Shown: piece by piece, positions 53,401-64,000 of the stretch
Layout of the letters: every line of letters begins with the position of its first letter
Numbering within the stretch: position 1 is the first letter of the stretch
From: Octopus vulgaris
Lineage: Eukaryota
Length of the DNA: 64,000 bases
Direction: 5' to 3'
Assembly (NCBI GenBank): GCA_951406725.2
Contig: OX597819.1
Coordinates: 79,050,001 to 79,114,000, forward strand
Notes under the pieces: model-generated
Database searches by the model: none
Told to the model about the DNA's origin: nothing
The model's input: only the letters and a program-made list of their open reading frames with translations
Made by a program: the position numbers and the translations under genes

Positions 53401-54159
53401 CTAGCAGCATAGCCCGGCGTTGCCCGGGTAAGAAACTTTGTCGATAAGCAATGCTCTTTACCTTTTTACCCTTTTTTGTACTCATTGAACCGTTATTTTG
53501 TAAAATGAAGCCTAAAACGCATTCAAGGCACCGTTCCCTTGCATGCATGAAGAAGTAGGGAAAATCTATGTGAACTTTCAAAAAATATCGCAGAAAAATC
53601 GGTTTGCTATGTGTGCCACATATGATGTAATTAACCGATTTTTTCCAGTTATAACATATCCTATTGGAACCAAAAGGGCCATATAGCTCCTTGGAGCAGA
53701 TATGATGCTCGCTGTGAATTTCAAAAAAATTCCTGCCAATTTGTTAAAGATATTGTCGAAAATATGTCATCTTGAATTTGAACGCGATTTCCCAAAATGG
53801 CATGATTTTATCGATTTTTTCTGATGGTAAGGTATTGCATGGAAAACTAACGTCAGAATTAAGTTCCTTAGGGTAACATTAAGCTTCACCTTGAGTTTGG
53901 TGAAAATCGATTGCAAGTTGCGAAAACTACAACGGAAAATGTGTTGCATATGATAAGCTTAGATTCTGGACCCCATGTCAAATTTATCGATTTTTTTCAG
54001 AACTGGGGGAACTTTTCAAAATTTTCGCTGCGTTAGTTTTGAATTATGACATTGGGCTATGTGTGTGTCAAGTTTCATCAGAATCGGTTGAAAGCCGTGG
54101 TCAGGGTGATGGTACAACCTGACAGACACACAGACAGACAAACTGCCTTTTATATATAG

Positions 54160-54164
<5 letters not shown>
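53401..54164 (-). mobile_element. Non-autonomous Helitron
   Basis: 5' TCTCTCTATATATAAAAGGCAGTTTGTCTGTCTG at 54164. 3' hairpin CCCGGGCAACGCCGGG followed by CTAG at 53401. Confidence 0.8.
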
Positions 54165-54208
<44 letters not shown>

Positions 54209-55122
54209 CATGTATGTATATATATATTATTATTAATATTAGGAAATCAATATTAGAAAATTATTCAGAAAGATATATACGTGTGTAAAATAATTGTTGT
54301 ATTAAAAATATAAATATATATAAATATATGTAAATATGTATAAGTATAAATATATAATATATATATGACAGTTTAAAAGTTTTGAGTTAAGTTTTAAAGC
54401 ATCTTACGTTCGTTTCGCAGAAGTGTTGTCCCTATAATAGAATCCTATATTGATAATGCATTTTTGAATATTGATTTCCTGATATTAATAATAATATATT
54501 ATAAAAAATATATATAATCGCTCGTATTAAATACATAAATACTTTAATAGTATTAATACTCTGGTACAATAGAGCACTCAATATAGATTCAGTATATGAT
54601 ACTCTCATTGAATATATTTAACTAAAGATTTATATATATATATATATATATACTGGTTTTTAATTTAATGCTGTTTCAAGGACATGTATCAATTATATTT
54701 CTTATTTCTAAAGGCCATTTATTGAAATCTTGATATTAATGAGTAGTTTGCTAACGACGAATATGCTAATCGATCAATTACTTATAGATAAATTTGCTTA
54801 TCGGTGATTTGTTAGCCGTTAAAATGTTGGTCTGTGAATTTCCCTTTAGCCGCATCTTCGCAGAGAAGGGTGTTGCTGATAGTTTCGTTGCTGTTGTTGT
54901 AGTTGTTGCTGTTGTGTTGTTGTTGATGATGATGATGATGCGGAGGAGCTGGACGATGGTGACAGCGATGGTGGTGGTAGTGATGATGGGGATGATGATA
55001 ATGATGATGATGACGACGACGACGACGATGATGATGATGGTGATGATGATGATGACGACGACGACGACGACGACGACGACGATGATGATGATGATGATGA
55101 TGATGATGACGACGACGACGAC

Positions 55123-55200
<78 letters not shown>

Positions 55201-55538
55201 GATGATGATGAAGATGATAGTGATGTTGATGACTATTATAATGGAGGCAGCGATGACGATGGCGATTTTGATGAGAATGATGCCGATCACGATTGCGCTG
55301 CTGCTGTCGTTGTTGCTGCTGTTGCTGTCGTTGTTGCTGCTGTTGCTGTCGCTGCAGCTGCTTATGACGATGATGATGATGATGATGATGATGATAAGGG
55401 GGAGGAGGAAGAGGAGGAGGAGGATGAAGACGACGATGACGACGACAGCGATGATGGTTAGTAGCGGGTTGGCGAATAAGGTCGGTCGGTTGGCTGGTTG
55501 GTTGGTTAATGAGAGTTACGTGCATGTGTGCTTGTGTG

Positions 55539-55601
<63 letters not shown>

Positions 55602-55962
55602 CTGTGTGTACGTGCATTAGGGCTAGTAGTGTGGTTGTGTGATGGCTGATGTTTCCAAGCAAGCAAGATATGATTGGTTGAGAAGAAAGACGGAATCTTT
55701 ACTATATCAATGTCAAAGAGACTCTCATCAAACTCTACTTATTCATACATATTAGGGGCAAAGTTGGCCCTAAAATGATAGGTCAGCATATCCGTGCTTT
55801 TGACAGGACAGCTTACGGTCCTTAATGAAGAGGCTGGGGGCTGAAGATGGTGGTTGTGCATAGCAGTAAGTGTTTGTGAAACTTCAGAGTGCTTGGCTAG
55901 ATGGGTGGTGCTGATGGGGGAGAGAGTGCGAGGAGAAAGAGTGAGAGATTGAATACAACAGA

Positions 55963-55993
<31 letters not shown>

Positions 55994-56735
55994 GTTGTGA
56001 GAGAGAAGAGAGAGAGAAACAGGTGTAAGTACTTGCATAAAGATAATGGCAAACGAAGGAAGAAAGACAGAGAGAGAGAGAGAAAGAAAAGAGAGAGATG
56101 GAGGGAGAAAAGAGAGAGAGAGGGAGGAGAGAGAGGGAGAAGAGAGAGAGAGGGAGGAGAGAGAGAGAGAAGGAGGTGAGAGAGAGGGAGAAGAGAGAGA
56201 GAGAGAGAAATAGGGAAATCAATGTATATACATACGTGTAGATATATATATTCGCAAAATCACACACACACACACACATACACACACATATATATGCATA
56301 TGTATACACAAACATATGTACACATCTGTACGTCTGTACATGCATACAGATACACACACACACACATAAATACATACATATATACACACATACATACATA
56401 CATACATACATACATGCATACACACATACATACATACATACACACATACATACATACATACATACACACACATACATACATACATACATACATACATACA
56501 TACATACATACATACATACATACATACATACATACACACATACATACATACATACATACATACATGCACATACATACATGTATGTGCATGTATAACGATA
56601 TTCGTATTTTCTGGTGTACATCGTGGTGCATAGTCTTGCATGTGTATTGGATTATATTATTTTGCTCTACATCACTCTATTGAGCACTTAGTATCTATTA
56701 CATAGAGATATACTGATCTATCAATAAAACTAATG

Positions 56736-56811
<76 letters not shown>

Positions 56812-57238
56812 GTATATATATATATAATTATTACAAACAAATACATAAGAGTGTATATATGTGTATAAAGCAGTAGGGAGTTACTTGATAAGATGAAGTG
56901 TAGATTATGAGGAAATGGAGATAAGAATTGCAGAAAGATGGTGAAGGTGAAGGGATATCATATGTAATGAATCTAATTACTCCTTCCCGCCCTCCCCTCT
57001 TGCCTCCCTCCCCTCTTGCCTCCCTCCCCTCCTCACCTTCCTAGCTGTCTCTCTTGTCTGTCTTTTCCTTGTTTCTCTCTCTCTCTCTATATATATATGT
57101 GTGTGTATGTGTGTGTGTGTGTGTTTGTGTATGTGTGCGCGTATGCGTAAGTGTGTGCGTATGCGGTGAATGTATTTGTGTGTATGTGTGTGAATGAGGA
57201 TGAGCACATTTCGGTGTAAGTGTGTATGTGTGTGTATG

Positions 57239-57285
<47 letters not shown>

Positions 57286-57389
57286 GATAGAGAAAGAGAG
57301 AAAGAGAGAGTGAGAGAGAAAGAGAGAGGGAGGGTGCTTGTGATTGTGGGTGTAAAAGAGAGCGCGTGAGAACGTGAGGGAAAGAAAGA

Positions 57390-57446
<57 letters not shown>

Positions 57447-58011
57447 ATCTCTCACCACCCAAATTGATGGGCAGAAATGCAGGATGGACTTAGATGAAAG
57501 ACCGAAAGTAGAAAGAAAAAGAAACAAAACACACACACAACAACAACAAAAACAAAACAAAACAAAATAAAAAAAAAACAAAAGCAAAATGGACACCGGT
57601 GATTATGAAACTTTGGCGGGGTTGCTGTTGGTGCCGGTGTAATAATGGCTGGATTGATGGATGGGTCTATAGTTTCAGCATTATCAGTCAAAAATGGTTA
57701 ATAATGTCCAATGAAAGTCTTCTGTTTTCAATAAAATGCCAATATATTTGTGTGTGTATGTGCGTGAGTATGTGTGTGTGTGTGTTTGTATATGTGTGAG
57801 TTGTGTGTGTGTGTGCGTGCGGGTGTGTGTGTGTGTGTGTGGGTGTATCACGCTTTGTGCATTAACGTTGGTTTACTAATGTATTTGTGATTAGTGTGTG
57901 CTTATGTGTGTGTGTGTGTGTGTGTGTGTGTATCTATATATATGCACATGAATATATGCCTGCATGCGTTTGCATGTGTGTGCGTGTGTGTGCGTGCGTG
58001 TGTGTTCATAT

Positions 58012-58206
58012 ATATGAAGGAGCGCTGAAAATTTCCTGGTTGGAGACCCAATTTTCCGAGTTCTTTTGCAGGTCTTACAAAAACTGAAGGACCGCTGCAA
58101 TAACTGGGTGAATCTGAGAAGAGAATATGTTCAATAAAATCATAATTAACTATTCCCCCATTATTTTCTTTTACCCAAAGCCAGGAACTTTTCAGCACCC
58201 CTCGTG

Positions 58207-58238
<32 letters not shown>

Positions 58239-58645
58239 TGTATGTATGTATGTATGTATGTATGTATGTATGTATCTATGTATGTATGTTTCCACACGCA
58301 TATACAAACTCTCTTATACACACGCACGCACACCTTCGTTTTGGGTTCATCACTACCTTATTATTTCCCCTTCTCCCTAGCTCTCCTGTGTGACCCTTCT
58401 GTGTGATGGATCGCTAGCCACTACTCATTTTTTATTTTCTCTCCTTGGAGGACTGAAAAGTACCTGTCTTTAAGGGTATTGCGAAAGGCCTGGTGGCAGG
58501 TTCAACCTTCCGAGTTCTTTTACAAGGCTTAGAAAAACTGAAGGACCTTTGCAATAAGTGTGTGTATCTGAGAGCGAGATATGTTAAATAAAATCATAAT
58601 TAATTGATCCTACTGTATTTTCTTTTCAGCACCACCTGTGCAGGT
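58012..58645 (+). mobile_element. Two mariner-derived MITE copies (58012-58208 and 58447-58645)
   Basis: TIR GCTGAAAA(G/T)TTCCTGG / CCAGGAACTTTTCAGCACCCCTCG. The interior encodes the mariner C-terminus EFF..KLKDRCNNWVNLRREYVQ*. Confidence 0.75.
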
Positions 58646-58700
58646 ATATATGTATATGTAAAAACGTATGTACAAATATTTACGGTGGTATGTTAAAAAG

Positions 58701-58791
<91 letters not shown>

Positions 58792-58819
58792 TAATGATAA
58801 TGACAATAATGATAATAAT

Positions 58820-59187
58820 AATCTTTTCTATTATAAGCACAAGGCCTGAAAGCATGAAACGCAAATTCGACCTCGGCGGTATCTGAACTCAGAGCGTAAA
58901 GACGGACTAAATGCCGCTAAGCATTCTGCCCGCTGTGCTAACGATTCTGCCACTTCACCGCCTTTACTACTACTACTACTACTATAGGCACAAGGCCTGA
59001 AATTTCGGGGGAGGAGAATAGTCGAGTACATCGACCCTTGTGATTCACTAGTACTTTATTTATCAACCCCGAAAGGATGAACGAAAAAGTCAGCCACGGC
59101 GGAATTTGAACCCAGAACGTAAGGCCGGACGAAATGCCGCTCAGTATTTTGCCCTGCGTGCTAACGATTCTGCCATTTCACCGCCTT

Positions 59188-59255
<68 letters not shown>

Positions 59256-59460
59256 TAGGCACAAGGCCTGAAATTTTGGGGGAGGAGAATAGTCGAGTAC
59301 ATCGACCCTTGTGATTCACTAGTACTTTATTTATCAACCCCGAAAGGATGAACGAAAAAGTCAGCCACGGCGGAATTTGAACCCAGAACGTAAGGACGGA
59401 CGAAATTGCCGCTCAGTATTTTGCCCTGCGTGCTTACGATTCTGCCAGGGCACCGCCTTA
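58820..59460 (-). mobile_element. SINE B copies with a local tandem duplication bounded by (TAC)n
   Basis: 58985-59187 and 59256-59460 share private variants (GAGTACATCGACCCTTGTGATTCACTAG, GAACGAAAAAGTCAGCCACGG). Confidence 0.85.
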
Positions 59461-59495
59461 CAGCCACCACTACCACCACAACAACAACAACATCA

Positions 59496-59529
<34 letters not shown>

Positions 59530-60604
59530 ATAACAATCACAATGATGATGATGATAACAACATCAACACGGTCAACAATATACTTAAAAAATACAAAAAA
59601 ATATGCCTAAATTGCACAGCACACATTTTACGAATGATGATGATTATTTCATCATCATATGACATAGTCGAGCACTGGCATCGCCAGTTGAAATGTGGTC
59701 GTATATCAGTAGTATATCGGTCGAAAATGCTCCAATTCCTGGACGGTCATATTTCGCCATTCATGACGACACCATCCGTAAAGTGGAAAATTCCTCAAGT
59801 CAGTGCCCCCAACATGGTCACGGTCTAATGAGTGAAAAGTAAAACAAGTAAAAAATTAAAAGAATATATATATATATGTTTATACACACACTTATATGTA
59901 TATATGTGTATGTGTGTGTTTGTTCGTTTGTTTGTATGTGTGTGTATCTAATATATATAAATGTATAAATATATATTTATCCACATTTAAACGTGGATGT
60001 TATGTTAGAACAAACTATACTGCTCTAGGTACCACGAGAGAAACTCTCATTTTGGCTTTTAGTACATTATCTGGTCATTGATTTTCTTGTTGGTTTCAAC
60101 CATTGAAATGCAGCCACTGAGGCTCCACGTTCAGAGATATTATTTCATCGATTTTATCAAACGTTGTGCTTAGTCTGGTAACTACTTTTATAGATCTTGT
60201 GCTGAATATACCTACTCTTAAATGTATCTTCAGTTATACCGCTGTATAAATGTATTTTCGGTTATACCGCTGTCCACCGTTCCTCGGAACATTTCATCAT
60301 TTGCATCTCGTATAATTAATTTTTACGTGTTCGACGAAGTGTGTTGGGCAGCTATTTGTTAGACGGAGACTTGCTATGATAAGGAGGATGGTCCTGTATG
60401 CCGCAACTAGGTCTTGTCGTACTCCATATTATTTACGCGTCATAGAACGACTTAGTTAGTGCTGACCACGGGCTAAAGGTACACATACACACACAAAGAC
60501 GCAGTACCATCGCTACCGCCACTGCCGTCGTTCCAGTTGCTGCCACCGTCGCCGTCATCGCTGCCGCCACTACTGCTGCTACCGCCGCCGCTTCTAACGC
60601 CGTT

Positions 60605-60790
<186 letters not shown>

Positions 60791-61311
60791 ACCACCGTTA
60801 CCACCGTTACCACCGTTACCACCGTTACCACCGCTTCCGCCGCTGCCTCTACTACCGCCGCCGCCACAACCACACCACCACCACCACCACCACCACCATC
60901 ATAACCAAGTACATTGATTGTGTCGTCTGTCAAACATCATAATCCATCTTTAGGTTAATTTCACTGACATTGACACAATGATTACATCCTTGCTGCTTTC
61001 TCTCACAAAACTTGGTCTCTCACAACCATTTTCAACGTCTTTCTTTTTACTTTTCTCTCCTTCTCTCCTTCTGTCTTTCTGTATATGTTTCACTTTCACT
61101 CGTCACCTTCCTTCTACTTGACGTCGTCGTCGTCGTCATCATCAAATTCATCATCATATCTTCTGGTCGTCTTTATTTCAATCCAAGTTTTCAATGTTGT
61201 TTCCATTCGCATTAAAATCAAGAAACTCTGTTGAATCCGCTTGCCCACACACATGCCCCCCCCACTGCCCCCCTCCAACACATGCCCCCCCCCCACAGAC
61301 ATACATATATA

Positions 61312-61912
61312 CAGTAGTACCTCGCTTTTCGAACAACTCTGATCGCAAATAAATCGTCCTTTATATATATTCCCACATCCCTCACACCCTTACCCCAACC
61401 CACACCCACCCTTGCATCCCCCACCCTCACATACCCCACACCCCAATACCACATCACACCACACCACACCACATCATGCCACAACGCACCACACACCATC
61501 ACACCACACCACACCACCACAACACAACATACCACATATCACCACACCACATCACACCGCACCATCACACCACAACACAACACACTACACCACACACCAC
61601 CACACCACACCACATCACGCCACCCTGCTCACACTAGCACTGACCACTTCCCAGAACCCAAACCATCATCCATGCACCTACACACGCAAGATCACCAGCC
61701 CCTATCCACACGCACACACATGCTCTCACATACTACGCACAAGCACCTTCGTTTTGGGCTTACCACTACTTTATTATCTCCCCTTCTTCCTGGCTCTCCT
61801 GTCTGACCACCTCTGTCCGGCCATCGCCATGATCGACCGCTAGCTACTAAAGCTATTCGTCTTTATATATATATATATACATATAATTATTATTTGAGGG
61901 AATAAAATCCAA

Positions 61913-61950
<38 letters not shown>

Positions 61951-61997
61951 TATACATATATATATACATTATATATATATATATATATATATATACC

Positions 61998-62070
<73 letters not shown>

Positions 62071-62149
62071 AGAGATAGATAGATATATAGATATATAAAA
62101 ACCACGATTTATTCGTGATCAGAGTTGTTCGAAAATTGATGTTCTATTG
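61312..62149. mobile_element. Tigger-like MITE with ~45-bp TIRs and an internal insertion
   Basis: CAGTAGTACCTCGCTTTTCGAACAACTCTGATCGCAAATAAATCG / CGATTTATTCGTGATCAGAGTTGTTCGAAAATTGATGTTCTATTG. Confidence 0.75.
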
Positions 62150-62724
62150 TGTGTATATATTTATATATCCCCCTCTCTCACATTTCTATGCCTTCTCTTC
62201 TTACTTACTTTCCCTCCACTTTTCACTTCACTGTGTCCCTGTCATCTTTTCTCGCCCCCTCCTTAATTCTTCTGTCCCTCTGCTTCTACTTCTCTCTCTT
62301 CTCTTTCCACGTGACCGATCGGTCAACCCTTTGTATGTGAAATCGTTACATCTCTGCCGTAAGGCTTCATTTCCACAAGCGCCATCTTAATTCCTTAGTC
62401 GCAAGACACCTGTTGTTATGTCCTGTTATCATTTTTATTGTATTTATATTTGTGTAACATTGCCCGTCTTTCTCCCGTCCTTGTTTTTGTATACATTCGC
62501 TGCTTTCTTCCAAGGAATCTCATGCTCTTAGCTTTGTTTTTCGCAAGAAGAATAGGAGGAAGCACAGACAAGAGTGAAAAGTGAAAAATAAGGCTTAAAA
62601 GTTAAAGGAAGTATGAAAAGAGAACAGAAGAAAGAGCGAGGAAGCGGTAAGGATAATGAAGAAAAAGTTAGATATGAATAAGACAAATGCAGGAAAAAAT
62701 GGAAGGACGGAAGAAGAAACAATA

Positions 62725-62800
<76 letters not shown>

Positions 62801-62879
62801 AGGGAAAGATAGAAATACAGATAGACAGAGAGAGAAAACGAGGAGAAAGAAATATCCTTTATGTTTCCCTCGTGTTTAA

Positions 62880-63187
62880 CTCACTGGAATGAAGTCATTC
62901 TGGGACGCCACCTTGTAGGGTCTAGTCGAAGAAATCGGCTCCAGTACTTATTTTTTAAAGTCCGGTACTTATTCTGTTTGCCTTTTTAGTCGAACTGCTA
63001 GGTTACAGGGACGTAAATAAACAAATGTAGGTTGTCAAGCGATGCCGAGGGACAAATACAAACACAAAGACACGCACATGCGCTGACACACATTCCAACC
63101 TCTGCGGAATTTGAACTCAGAACGTAAAGGCAAACGAAATACCGCTAAGCATTTCGCCCGGCGTGCTAACCTTTCTTCCAGCTCGCA
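62880..63187 (-). mobile_element. SINE A tail half and SINE B head
   Basis: Family motifs. Confidence 0.7.
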
Positions 63188-63429
63188 TACATATTGGCTA
63201 ATCATTTGAGGAATGTAGAATCGTAAAAACAGCCATTTTCAAAACTGTTACGAAGACTTCCTCATTTGCTTTTACGTGTGCAATAAAATGTTTGTCTCTT
63301 ATATTACTCGAATCTTGAGTCTGTCAGAGAAAGGCGTCGAGCTGGCGGAACTATTAGCACACTGGAAAACGCCCTTAGAAGAAAGTTCTGAGTTCAACTT
63401 TTTCCGAGGTCGTCCTTGCTTTTTATCTT

Positions 63430-64000
63430 TTCATGGTCACGTACCAGTCAGAGGCCAATGCAAAATTTTCAAAAAGTTTTTATCGTTCTCGACGCAGTCA
63501 TGGAGATCTTGTGCAACCCGAGTGTCTTTTTAGTTAGCTGAAATCAGGTTTGGCACAAACTTGGTAGACACGAATCTCATACCCATATCTTCAGTGATAA
63601 TGGACTGAACTGAACTGAACCGTAACTAATCAGCAGATCTTCTAATAATTCACGAATGGTGATTCGTCGATTTCCCTTCACATTTGCACGTACATTTGTG
63701 ATGTTTTTCTCAGTTTTGCTGGTTGCAAGTCTCCCAGAATTTTCGTCAATATCGACATTTTTCGGCCATCTTGGAAACGTCTGAACCACTCGTCCATTTG
63801 TGTGCGACTTATACACTCCTCTCCATACTCTTTCTGCAACTTTGCATAGGTCTCTGAGCAGGTATCGCCATGCCATCTTTCTCTGTCATGGTCAATGCGA
63901 CGATCACACGGTACACATCTTCATTCGAAGCACTACTGTAAATAGCGGAAGCGAGCTAGAACGTTAAACCTTGGTGCGGATGCCAAGCGGCGTCACTCTG
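63430..64000 (-). pseudogene. Mariner transposase N-terminal relic (runs off the window)
   Basis: GDTCSETYAKLQKEYGEECISRTQMDEWFRRFQDG, SGR..TSKTEKNI..VKGNRRITIREL..ISYGSVQ, and MGMRFVSTKFVP. Confidence 0.85.

Overview
Eukaryotic, AT-rich, repeat-saturated intergenic or intronic DNA. The repeat inventory suggests an octopus/coleoid cephalopod genome (inference): tRNA-derived SINEs, R4/Dong-type and RTE LINE relics, Penelope-like elements (PLEs), Helitrons, mariner/Tc1/Tigger relics and dense microsatellites. I find no intact host gene and no intact transposon ORF. Almost every ORF in the track is a microsatellite translation or a broken TE fragment. The main signal is at the RNA level: several unrelated repeats carry self-cleaving ribozyme folds with non-canonical cores. 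Two clean type I hammerheads have a CCGANGA (U4C) core (2021-2127; 29639-29730 with an inverted twin at 29190-29281). UUGANAA (U3:A8) variants sit beside two PLEs. A decayed HDV-like fold lies at the 5' edge of an RTE-derived element. The best candidate system is 28995-30025, a young non-coding element between (TA)n tracts. It consists of one complete, circularly permuted 591-nt hammerhead monomer fused head-to-head to an inverted partial copy, the footprint expected of a retrozyme-like circular RNA or PLE pLTR. All coordinates and folds were read by eye.
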